Source: Bacteroidota bacterium (lineage in GTDB: Bacteria; Bacteroidota; Bacteroidia; Bacteroidales; FEN-979). From it: a stretch of DNA of 64,000 nt. The stretch spans positions 7,189-71,188 of the forward strand of contig JAPLDO010000045.1 in assembly GCA_026391715.1 (NCBI GenBank), given 5' to 3'. Position numbers and translations under genes: made by a program. The notes beneath the pieces were generated by a model. That model was not told the origin of the DNA. It did not search any database and worked only from the letters and a program-made list of their open reading frames with translations. The number at the start of each line of letters is the position of its first letter. Position 1 is the stretch's first letter. Below are positions 34,374 through 43,347 of this stretch, in pieces.

Positions 34374-35215
34374 TGGGAAAGGAAATAACCAAACAAGCTC
34401 TGTCGGTGTTTGAACAAATCCGGCAAACCGATGAAAGCGGGAATGAATTCTGGGCTGCCCGTCAATTGTCCAAGGCTCTTGAATATACCGATTTCAGAAA
34501 CTTTCTTTCAGTAATAGAAAAAGCCAAAGAAGCTTGTAGAAATAGCGGACAGGAGGTCGGGCATCACCTCGTTGAATTCAACGAGGAGATAACTCACGGA
34601 AAAGGCGCTGTTCAAGTTTACCAAAGTTACAAATTGAGTCGTTATGCTTGTTATTTAATTGTACAAAATGCCGATCCATCAAAAGAAATAGTTGCTTTAG
34701 GGCAATCCTATTTTGCCGTGCAAACCCGTTTGCAGGAAATACGCCAGATGGACGAATACAATCGTTTGAGTAGCGAGGATGAAAAACGCTTGTTCCTGCG
34801 CAACGAAATGGCAAAACACAATATCCAACTGGCTGCTGCTGCAAAAGATGCCGGAGTAGTTGAGCCAATTGACTATGCCATCTTTCAAAACCACGGCTAT
34901 ATGGGATTGTACGGTGGGTTGGATGCCAAAGCCATTCACGCAAAAAAAGGTTTGAAGAAAAGCCAGCAGATACTCGACCACATGGGCAGTACCGAATTGG
35001 CAGCCAATTTGTTCCGTGCCACACAAACAGAAGAAAAAATAAAACGTGAAAAAATAAAAGGCAAACAAAAAGCCAATAAAACCCATTTTGAAGTAGGCAA
35101 AAAAGTACGCAAAACCATTGAAGAAATTGGCGGCACCATGCCCGAAAACCTGCCAACAGAAGATAGCATTAAGAAGTTGGAGCCAAAAACCACAAGAAAA
35201 AATCTCACCAAATGA
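34373..35215 (+). CDS. dinD: DNA damage-inducible protein D (DinD)-like protein
   Basis: 280 aa. FEQIRQTDESGNEFWAARQLSKALEYTDFRNF...YKLSRYACYLIVQNADPSKEIVALGQSYFAVQTR matches my recollection of the DinD family. TAATG overlap with hsdM. Confidence 0.65.
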   Translation: MGKEITKQALSVFEQIRQTDESGNEFWAARQLSKALEYTDFRNFLSVIEKAKEACRNSGQEVGHHLVEFNEEITHGKGAVQVYQSYKLSRYACYLIVQNADPSKEIVALGQSYFAVQTRLQEIRQMDEYNRLSSEDEKRLFLRNEMAKHNIQLAAAAKDAGVVEPIDYAIFQNHGYMGLYGGLDAKAIHAKKGLKKSQQILDHMGSTELAANLFRATQTEEKIKREKIKGKQKANKTHFEVGKKVRKTIEEIGGTMPENLPTEDSIKKLEPKTTRKNLTK

Positions 35216-35448
35216 TAGTTCGGGAATTGATAAACCACTTGCAAAACCTGCCACCCGATACCAAAGTGGTGGTAAGAGGCTATGAAGTCGGTTACAATGA
35301 TATCCTTCAATTAAAAAAAGTAAAAATAAAACCCAAGGTTGATGCCCATTGGTATGACGGTGAATTTGAAGACAGCGCCGATGCCGATGCTATTGATGCC
35401 ATTGATTTATTTGGTGAAAACCAAAACCCCATAGACGATTTAAAATGA
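35212..35448 (+). CDS. Small acidic hypothetical protein inside the R-M operon
   Basis: 78-aa ORF with ATGA overlaps to both neighbours (35212-35215 and 35445-35448). No recognisable motif. Confidence 0.5.
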   Translation: MIVRELINHLQNLPPDTKVVVRGYEVGYNDILQLKKVKIKPKVDAHWYDGEFEDSADADAIDAIDLFGENQNPIDDLK

Positions 35449-36704
35449 AAATGGAAAATATCGACAGTGGGGAAATTGAGGTTTATAGTAGGTGGAAGAA
35501 ACTGAAGTTGGGTGAATTATGCTCAAAAATAGGAAGTGGGGCAACACCAACTGGCGGAGGACAAGCATATAAAGAATTTGGTATTTCATTGATTAGAAGT
35601 CAGAATATTCTTGATTTCAAATTTGGTTATGATGGCTTGGCATTTATTGATGACGAACAGGCATTTGCTTTGAAAAATGTAACTGTTCAAGTAAATGATG
35701 TTCTACTAAACATTACAGGCGATAGTGTAGCTAGAGTTTGTAAAGTGCCTTCCGAAGTATTACCTGCAAGAGTCAATCAACACGTTGCAATTTTAAGGGC
35801 GAAAAATGTGGTGTTAAATAATGATTTTTTGCTTTATCAATTACAAGCAAAAAAAGAAAGTTTATTAATTCTTTCAGAAATTGGAGGAACAAGAAATGCT
35901 TTGACAAAAGTTATGATTGAGGATTTTGAAATAAACCTCCCACCACTCCCAGAACAAACAGCCATCGCCTCCATTCTAAGCAGCCTCGATGATAAAATAG
36001 ACCTGCTACACCGCCAAAACAAAACCTTAGAGCAATTGGCTGAAACTCTTTTTAGGCAATGGTTTGTTGAGGAAGCGGAAGTGAGTTGGGCGAATGAAAA
36101 GTTAGGAAAAATATTTGATATAGGAATTGGCAGAACACCACCAAGAAAAGAGCAGCATTGGTTTACATTAAATCCAAATGATGTAAAATGGGTTTCCATT
36201 AAGGATATGGGAACAAGTGGAATTTATATAGATACAGTTTCTGAATATCTTACAAAGGAAGCTGTGGAACAATATAGTGTTCCAGTAATTCCGGCAAACA
36301 CCGTAATATTAAGTTTTAAAATGACGATTGGTCGTTTGGCGATTTCAACTGAAAGAATGGTTTCAAATGAAGCAATTGCACATTTCAAACAAAAAGAAGG
36401 CTCATATTTATTTCCAGAGTTTCTATATCTATTTTTGAAGACTTACAGTTGGGTAGAACTAGGAAGCACTTCGTCAATTGTAGAGTCTATAAACTCACAA
36501 ATGATTAAAGAGATTGAAATGGTTATTCCTGAAAGACAAAAATTAGTTGATTTCAAAGAATTGGTTAAACCAACTTTTGATAAAATCAAATCAAACCAAA
36601 TTCAAATTAGAACCTTAGTTCAAACTCGCGATACGCTTTTGCCAAAGCTAATGAGTGGTGAAGTGAGGGTTTTATTAAACAAGGAGGTTGAATATGAAAA
36701 ATAA
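35445..36704 (+). CDS. hsdS: Type I R-M specificity subunit
   Basis: 419 aa. Two target-recognition halves are separated by the conserved central helix LPPLPEQTAIASILSSLDDKIDLLHRQNKTLEQLAETLFRQWF, and the protein ends in the distal helix TRDTLLPKLMSGEVRV. Confidence 0.9.
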   Translation: MKMENIDSGEIEVYSRWKKLKLGELCSKIGSGATPTGGGQAYKEFGISLIRSQNILDFKFGYDGLAFIDDEQAFALKNVTVQVNDVLLNITGDSVARVCKVPSEVLPARVNQHVAILRAKNVVLNNDFLLYQLQAKKESLLILSEIGGTRNALTKVMIEDFEINLPPLPEQTAIASILSSLDDKIDLLHRQNKTLEQLAETLFRQWFVEEAEVSWANEKLGKIFDIGIGRTPPRKEQHWFTLNPNDVKWVSIKDMGTSGIYIDTVSEYLTKEAVEQYSVPVIPANTVILSFKMTIGRLAISTERMVSNEAIAHFKQKEGSYLFPEFLYLFLKTYSWVELGSTSSIVESINSQMIKEIEMVIPERQKLVDFKELVKPTFDKIKSNQIQIRTLVQTRDTLLPKLMSGEVRVLLNKEVEYEK

Positions 36705-37731
36705 GAACCTCCCAATTCAAAGCGGTTTTACCGAAATACTACTTTACACCACGCCCAACGGTAAGGTAAAAGTAGAAATCTATTTGCAAAACGAAACCAT
36801 TTGGCTAACCCAACAAAAAATAGCCGATTTGTTTGGTGTAGATAGAAGTGTAGTAACAAAGCACCTTGCCAACATATATGCCGAAAACGAATTGAGCAAG
36901 GAATCAACTTGTGCAAAAATTGCACAAGTTCAAAAAGAAGGCGAAAGAACAGTCAATAGGCAAATTGAATTCTATAATCTCGATGTCATTATTTCGGTGG
37001 GTTATCGTGTAAACAGCAGTCAGGCAACCGCGTTTCGCATTTGGGCTACCGAACGGCTTAAGGAATACATCATCAAAGGGTTTACCATGGATGATGAACG
37101 GCTTAAAAACCCAAACAACATTTTTGGTAAAGATTATTTTGAAGAACAGCTTGCACGTATCAGAGACATACGGAGCAGCGAACGCAGGTTTTACCAAAAA
37201 ATAACCGATATATACACACAGTGCAGCGCCGACTATAATGTGGACACAAAAGCCACAAAAGATTTTTTCTCCACGGTTCAAAATAAATTGCATTGGGCTA
37301 TAACAAGGCAAACAGCCGCCGAACTTATCGCCACAAGAGCCGACAATACAAAAGAAAATATGGGTTTAACTTCGTGGAAGAATGCACCCAAAGGAAGTAT
37401 AAGAAAAACAGATGTTGGTATTGCAAAAAACTATTTGAACGAAAAAGAGTTAGACGGTTTAAACAGAATAGTAACCATGTATTTAGATTATGCCGAAAGC
37501 CAAGCCCATAAAGGAATAATGATGTATATGAATGATTGGGTTTTAAAATTAGATGCGTTCCTGCAATTTAATGAAGAAGCTATTCTAATGCATCAAGGCA
37601 AAGTTTCACATGAAATAGCTATTGCGCTTGCCGGGACCGAATATGAAAAATTTAAAATAGCCCAGGACAAATTGATTGAAAGCGATTTTGACAAGGCCAT
37701 AAAAAAACTAAAACCACCAAAAAAGCAATAA
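36688..37731 (+). CDS. rhuM: RhuM-family (virulence-protein RhuM-like) protein
   Basis: 347 aa. EILLYTTPNGKVKVEIYLQNETIWLTQQKIADLFGVDRSVVTKHLANIY... and YNLDVIISVGYRVNS are typical of RhuM-like proteins often embedded in type I R-M loci. Confidence 0.7.
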   Translation: MNMKNKNLPIQSGFTEILLYTTPNGKVKVEIYLQNETIWLTQQKIADLFGVDRSVVTKHLANIYAENELSKESTCAKIAQVQKEGERTVNRQIEFYNLDVIISVGYRVNSSQATAFRIWATERLKEYIIKGFTMDDERLKNPNNIFGKDYFEEQLARIRDIRSSERRFYQKITDIYTQCSADYNVDTKATKDFFSTVQNKLHWAITRQTAAELIATRADNTKENMGLTSWKNAPKGSIRKTDVGIAKNYLNEKELDGLNRIVTMYLDYAESQAHKGIMMYMNDWVLKLDAFLQFNEEAILMHQGKVSHEIAIALAGTEYEKFKIAQDKLIESDFDKAIKKLKPPKKQ

Positions 37732-37733
37732 CC

Positions 37734-39503
37734 ATGAAACCCATCACCGAAGGTAATATAGAAACCTTTGCAATAGAGGCTCTTCAATCATTAGGTTGGG
37801 AGTATTTGCACGGTTTGTCTATTGCGCCCGGCGCTGAGCAGGCAGAAAGGGAAAATTTTGAACAAATTCTTTTAGTTGACCGTTTACGCAAATCGGTGGC
37901 TATATTAAACCCAAATATTCCACACGATGCGCAGGAACAAGCCATACAAAAAGTATTGCGTATATATTCTCCCGAGTTGTTGCACAACAACGAAACTTTT
38001 CATCAGTTGATGGTTGAAAAAGTAAAAGTTCCTTATCAGCAAAATGGTTTTGAGCGCAGTCATGAAGTGGCATTGATTGATTTTGAAAATCCTTCTAACA
38101 ATGAATTTCTATGCGTTAATCAATACACCATTGTAGAGAAAAACCAAAATAAACGACCCGATGTATTGCTTTTTGTAAATGGCATTCCGTTAGTTGTAAT
38201 CGAAATAAAAAATGCAGCGGACGAAAACGCAACAATGCGAAAAGCGTTTGACCAGATACAGACATACAAAGCAACCATTCCGAGTTTGTTTACTTACAAT
38301 GCCATTTGCGTTATTTCAGATGGGCACGAATGTAAAGCAGGCAGTGTTTCGGCAGGTTACAGCCGTTTTATGACATGGAAAACAGCAGACGGAAAAAAAG
38401 AGGCATCACGTTTTATTCCGCAATTAGAAATATTACTAAAGGGAATGTTGAACCCTTCTATTTTTTTAGATTTGGTTCGCAATTTTATAGTTTTTGAAAA
38501 GAGTAAAAAAGAAGATGCTAAAACTGGTCTTATTCAAATAGAAACAGTTAAGAAATTAGCAGCTTATCATCAATACTATGCTGTAAATAAAGCCGTGCAA
38601 TCTTCCTTAATTGCATCAGGCATAAACGGAGATAAACGAGGCGGTGTAGTTTGGCATACGCAAGGTTCGGGCAAAAGTTTAAGTATGGTTTTTTATTCAG
38701 GAAAGCTAATAACAGCGCCCGTAATGCAAAACCCGACCATCTTGGTAATTACAGACCGTAACGACTTAGACGACCAATTATTTGACACCTTTGCAGCATC
38801 AAAACAATTATTAAGGCAAGTGCCGGTTCAGGCAGAAAATCGCGAACATTTAAAAGAATTGCTGAAAGTAGCAAGCGGGGGTATTGTATTTGCTACTATT
38901 CAAAAGTTTCTACCCGATGACCAAAAATCTGTATACGGACAACTTTCTGACCGCAGAAATATTGTAGTTATTGCAGACGAAGCACACCGGACACAATATG
39001 GTTTTGAAGCTTCTATTAGAGAAGTTAAAGACAAGGAAACCAAAGAGAAGATTGGAGAACGCATTGCGTATGGTTTTGCAAAATATATGCGTGATGCTTT
39101 GCCAAACGCCACATATATTGGTTTTACAGGAACACCAATTGAAGGAACAGACATAAATACTCCGCAAGTATTCGGACAGTATGTTGATGTTTATGATATT
39201 TCACAAGCTGTTATTGATGGTGCAACAGTTCGGATTTATTATGAAAGTCGTTTGGCTAAAGTGAATTTAGATGAAGAAGGTAATCGCCCGCAATCCCTTG
39301 CTGTCCATACCGCATTGTATTCTAAAGCAAACAGGCGCAACAAATTTGACGCCCGATACTTTCGACCGAAAAGAATTTTATATGGTAACAGTACGTCGAG
39401 GCAAGTGGAATTTCTGTGGTTAATTGAACCTTCTACTTTGCAATACGGTTTCGGCTTGGTTAATAGTTTATCGTTTCGGAATAGCTACCTGCCCCAATCC
39501 TAA
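37734..39503 (+). pseudogene. hsdR: Type I R-M restriction subunit, 3'-truncated
   Basis: N-terminal nuclease-like domain, then helicase motif I HTQGSGKS, motif II VVIADEAHRTQ and motif III IGFTGTP. Family-like sequence stops near YYESRLAKVNLDEEG (~39283). The remaining ~73 codons look unrelated, and the whole C-terminal helicase lobe plus assembly domain (about half of a normal ~1000-aa HsdR) is missing. Confidence 0.75.
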
Positions 39504-39508
39504 AAACC

Positions 39509-40669
39509 ATGACAACGTTTCGCATCACAATCAGGGAATGGCGCCGGATCCTCACTTTACCTGTATTCTACTGGCTTCTGATTGTAATGCCGCCCTGTTT
39601 GTTTTTCTTTTATTCCTTTATTTATCAGCAAGAAAAAGTAACGGATCTGCCTTTTGCCATCTGGGATGAAAACCATTCATCTGTTTCCCGGCAACTTACT
39701 TTCATGCTTGAACAGATGGAAAGCATCCACATCACAAACCAGATCAAAAGCCGGAAGGAACTGGAAAAGCTGATCCTCAAAGGCGAGGTGATGGGCGCAG
39801 TGCATTTCCCTGTAAAAATGGAAGAGCACATCCTGAGCGGTCAACCCGTTAATATCACTCTTTATACAAATGCTTCGGCGCTGGTGCCTGCCAAGCTGCT
39901 GTTCAAAAATGCGTCGGAGGTTATAATCACCGGCGGCGCAGGGGTAATACTTAAAAAACTCACTCAAACCGGAATGAACCCTGATAAAGCAATGGCGCTG
40001 GTACAACCGGTCAGGCTGACAACACTTCCGCTGTATAACCCCGGATACAACTACTTCCAATACCTCGTGCCCGGATTAATAACCGTTGCGCTTCAGATGA
40101 TCATAATAATGGTCGGAGTTTTGATTTTCAACTACGAGTCGAAAACCGGAACTACTCAGGAACTCTATGCTCTTGCCAAAGGATCGGCAATCAGGATCGT
40201 ATCTGGAAAAATGCTCGCTCACCTCTGCGTGGCATGGATTAACTTCATCCTCGTTACCGGGATTATCTTTCCAATCTTCGGGATTGGGAATGGCATGGAT
40301 GCATTTAATTTTTTCATCCTTTACACTTTACTGGCAATTGCCTGTATCAGTATCGGAATGACGATTTCGGTTATCATAAGCGACACAATGCTTGCCACTG
40401 ATATTGCTCTCTTTTACACCGCCCCGGCATTTGTCTTCAGCGGATATACCTTCCCCCGTTGGGCAATGCCATGGTACGACCAGTATTATGCGATGGTAAT
40501 GCCATATTCCTCGTTTCTCGATGGTTTCGTGAAACTATACCAGATGCAGTTGCCATTCAGGTACGCGTATCATGAAATGGCAGTTTTGCTGGTGTTTGTT
40601 CTGGTGACCTTTCCGCTTTCGCTGTTTGTCTTAAAAAATAAAATCCGCAGGGAATATAAAGTTACATGA
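39509..40669 (+). CDS. ABC-2 type transporter permease (YbhS/YhhJ-like)
   Basis: 386 aa with an N-terminal TM, a large periplasmic loop and a C-terminal cluster of ~5 TM helices. Confidence 0.75.
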   Translation: MTTFRITIREWRRILTLPVFYWLLIVMPPCLFFFYSFIYQQEKVTDLPFAIWDENHSSVSRQLTFMLEQMESIHITNQIKSRKELEKLILKGEVMGAVHFPVKMEEHILSGQPVNITLYTNASALVPAKLLFKNASEVIITGGAGVILKKLTQTGMNPDKAMALVQPVRLTTLPLYNPGYNYFQYLVPGLITVALQMIIIMVGVLIFNYESKTGTTQELYALAKGSAIRIVSGKMLAHLCVAWINFILVTGIIFPIFGIGNGMDAFNFFILYTLLAIACISIGMTISVIISDTMLATDIALFYTAPAFVFSGYTFPRWAMPWYDQYYAMVMPYSSFLDGFVKLYQMQLPFRYAYHEMAVLLVFVLVTFPLSLFVLKNKIRREYKVT

Positions 40670-41856
40670 AGTCTTTCAGTGGTATATTATCCGTTTTTTT
40701 CAGGGAACTGAAACTTATAGGCAGGGATCACAGCCTGCTCCTTACCCTGCTTATTGCCCCTTTGCTCTATCTGTTTTTTTACGGCAGCATATATTCCTAT
40801 AAAGAAGAGGAGAGGGTAAAGCTGGTTGTAGTTGACGACGACCAAACCGGTTTGTCGCGCCTGCTGACCCAGCAGATTAACAACCTTCAGATGGTTGACG
40901 TGCTTTTTGAACCTTCGGTTGATCGCGCCCAACACCTGATGTATGAAGGCGGGTGCCAGGGTTATCTCTATATTGACAAAGGTCTGGAGCAAAAAGTGTT
41001 GTCGTTGCATCAGGGGAACGTAGTATTGGCGGTAAATGCAGCGCGTTTTCTCCCTTCAAGCGACATCGTTGCCTCTGTAACTACAATTTGTTTGACAGTT
41101 AGCGCCGGAGTGAGGATGCAATATTTCGAGATGAAAGGATTGACCGAACAAACTTCACTTAAAGAGGCGATGCCGGTTAGCCTCGATTACCGCCCAATGT
41201 TCAACGAACGATCGAGCTATGGCGCTTTTTTATTGCCTGGTCTGCTGATGCTGATATTACAGCAAACCCTGCTTTTAGGATTAGGCGAGAGCGTAGCGGC
41301 AGAACGGATGAAAAAAACGCTGCCTGAATGGTTTTCCAATACCAATGGTAATATCTTCCAGGGAATTATTGGAAAAGGAGCCTTTTATTTTTTCCTCTTT
41401 GCCTGTTACGCACTTTTTGTGCTTACCATTAACTTTTCTGTGTTTCATCTCACCTTAACCGGAAGCGTTTGGGCATTGGCATTTTTAATCGCGGTATTTC
41501 TTCTTGCCTTGATCCCAATGGCAATGTGGATTGGTTCCTTTTTCAAATCGCAGCTTCTTTGCCTGCAGATAATGGCATTTTCATCCTATCCATTCTTTTT
41601 GATCACCGGGTATTCCTGGCCATTCAGAATGTTGCCGGTTTTCGTACAGGTTGTTTCTTCACTTCTGCCCACCACGCCGTTCATGCAGGCATATATATCG
41701 GTTGCACAGCAAGGGGGAACGCTTGGCGACAACATCGCCGCCGTAATTCATCTTCTGGGTTTGATGGCGCTTTTTTCTTTTCTGTGTTTTTGGAGATTCA
41801 GATGGCTTATGGGCAAATCATCCGGGGTTTTTAAAAAACGATTGAAAATCGTTTAA
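40666..41856 (+). CDS. ABC-2 type transporter permease (YbhR-like), paralog of the preceding gene
   Basis: 396 aa with the same topology. ATGA overlap with the upstream permease gene. Confidence 0.75.
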   Translation: MKSFSGILSVFFRELKLIGRDHSLLLTLLIAPLLYLFFYGSIYSYKEEERVKLVVVDDDQTGLSRLLTQQINNLQMVDVLFEPSVDRAQHLMYEGGCQGYLYIDKGLEQKVLSLHQGNVVLAVNAARFLPSSDIVASVTTICLTVSAGVRMQYFEMKGLTEQTSLKEAMPVSLDYRPMFNERSSYGAFLLPGLLMLILQQTLLLGLGESVAAERMKKTLPEWFSNTNGNIFQGIIGKGAFYFFLFACYALFVLTINFSVFHLTLTGSVWALAFLIAVFLLALIPMAMWIGSFFKSQLLCLQIMAFSSYPFFLITGYSWPFRMLPVFVQVVSSLLPTTPFMQAYISVAQQGGTLGDNIAAVIHLLGLMALFSFLCFWRFRWLMGKSSGVFKKRLKIV

Positions 41857-41885
41857 CAATTCCTTAGTTAATCGTAAATAAAAGT

Positions 41886-41893
41886 TACTTTTG
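41886..41893 (+). promoter_or_regulatory. Candidate -7 box TACTTTTG for gadB
   Basis: Matches TAnnTTTG, 50 nt upstream of ATG 41943. Confidence 0.4.
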
Positions 41894-41942
41894 CTTAAAC
41901 AGATATTCATTATTATCAAAACGTTCACTAAAACAATTAATC

Positions 41943-43337
41943 ATGGCTCTGCACGAAAAAGAAAAAATCATTTCTAAGCTGGATGAGGATATTTATACCT
42001 CAACTGATTTACGGATTAGCGTTCCAAAATTTAAAATTCCGGAAAAAGACAGCAGAAGTGAAGATGTCTATTCTATCATCCATGACGAATTGATGATAGA
42101 CGGAAATTCAAGACTGAACCTCGCTACTTTTTGTTCGACATGGCTCGATGCAGGGATTCATAAACTAATGGATGAATGTCTCGATAAGAACATGATTGAT
42201 AAGGATGAATATCCGCAAACTGCCGCCATTGAAGAGCGTTGTGTGCACATGATTGCCGATTTATGGAATTCGCCGAAAAGCAAGAACACGATAGGTTGTT
42301 CCACTACCGGCTCAAGTGAAGCGGCAATGTGCGGAGGTCTCGCAATGAAATGGCGCTGGCGCGAAAAAATGAAAGCTGCCGGAAAAGACTCTTCAAAACC
42401 AAATTTGGTAACTGGTCCGGTACAGGTTTGCTGGGAAAAATTTGCCCGCTATTTCGATGTCGAATTAAGGCAAATTCCCATGGAACATGGGCGGTTACTG
42501 ATGAATGCAGAGGAAGTGCTGAAACGCTGCGACGAAAATACAATCGGCGTCGTTCCCACTCTCGGAGTTACTTTTACCTGCCAGTACGAAGATGTTAAAT
42601 CAATCAACGACGCTTTGGACGAATTGCAGAAAACAACCGGGCTCGATATTCCCATTCATGTTGATGCAGCCAGCGGCGGTTTTGTTGCGCCATTCCTCAC
42701 CCCGGAACTTGTGTGGGATTTCCGTTTGCCGAGGGTAAAATCCATTAATGTATCTGGGCACAAATTCGGATTGTCGCCACTTGGCGTTGGTTGGGTTATC
42801 TGGCGTGAAAAATCGGACCTGCCACAGGGGTTGGTTTTCGATGTAAATTATCTCGGGGGCAATATGCCAACTTTCGCGCTCAATTTTTCACGCCCCGGAG
42901 GTCAGATTGTTGCCCAATATTATAATTTCCTGCGTCTCGGCAAAGAAGGATATAGAAAAATCCAGCAGGCTTGCGCCGATCATGCAACCTATATTGCCCG
43001 GAAAATAGAAAAGATGAAGGTCTTTGATATAATATATGATGGTCAGGGCGCGCTCCCCGGCGCTTGCTGGACTTTGAAAAAAGACGCCCAAGTCGGTTTC
43101 ACTCTGTACGATTTATCGGATCGTCTGCGAAGCAGGGGTTGGCAAATTGCCTCCTACTCCATGCCAGCCGACCGCGAAGATTTGGTTGTTCAGCGGGTTT
43201 TGATCCGTCACGGTTTCAGTCGCGATATGGCTGATCTTCTGGTTGCCGATTTTGAACGCGCGCTGAAATGGTTCGAAAAACATCCGGTCAGTAATTTGAA
43301 AGAAATTGAAGAGGGTAAAGGATTTAATCATAATTAA
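41943..43337 (+). CDS. gadB: Glutamate decarboxylase (PLP-dependent)
   Basis: 464 aa. The PLP-lysine motif is [11 protein letters not shown], with GAD-like blocks [11 protein letters not shown] and HVDAASGGF. Confidence 0.85.
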   Translation: MALHEKEKIISKLDEDIYTSTDLRISVPKFKIPEKDSRSEDVYSIIHDELMIDGNSRLNLATFCSTWLDAGIHKLMDECLDKNMIDKDEYPQTAAIEERCVHMIADLWNSPKSKNTIGCSTTGSSEAAMCGGLAMKWRWREKMKAAGKDSSKPNLVTGPVQVCWEKFARYFDVELRQIPMEHGRLLMNAEEVLKRCDENTIGVVPTLGVTFTCQYEDVKSINDALDELQKTTGLDIPIHVDAASGGFVAPFLTPELVWDFRLPRVKSINVSGHKFGLSPLGVGWVIWREKSDLPQGLVFDVNYLGGNMPTFALNFSRPGGQIVAQYYNFLRLGKEGYRKIQQACADHATYIARKIEKMKVFDIIYDGQGALPGACWTLKKDAQVGFTLYDLSDRLRSRGWQIASYSMPADREDLVVQRVLIRHGFSRDMADLLVADFERALKWFEKHPVSNLKEIEEGKGFNHN

Positions 43338-43347
43338 AAACATAATA

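Noticed and set aside
39284-39503. The C-terminal ~73 codons of the 589-aa hsdR ORF as genuine coding sequence, or as a separate small gene.
   Set aside because: The sequence loses all HsdR-like character after ...LAKVNLDEEG. It is best explained as read-through into junction DNA after a deletion.
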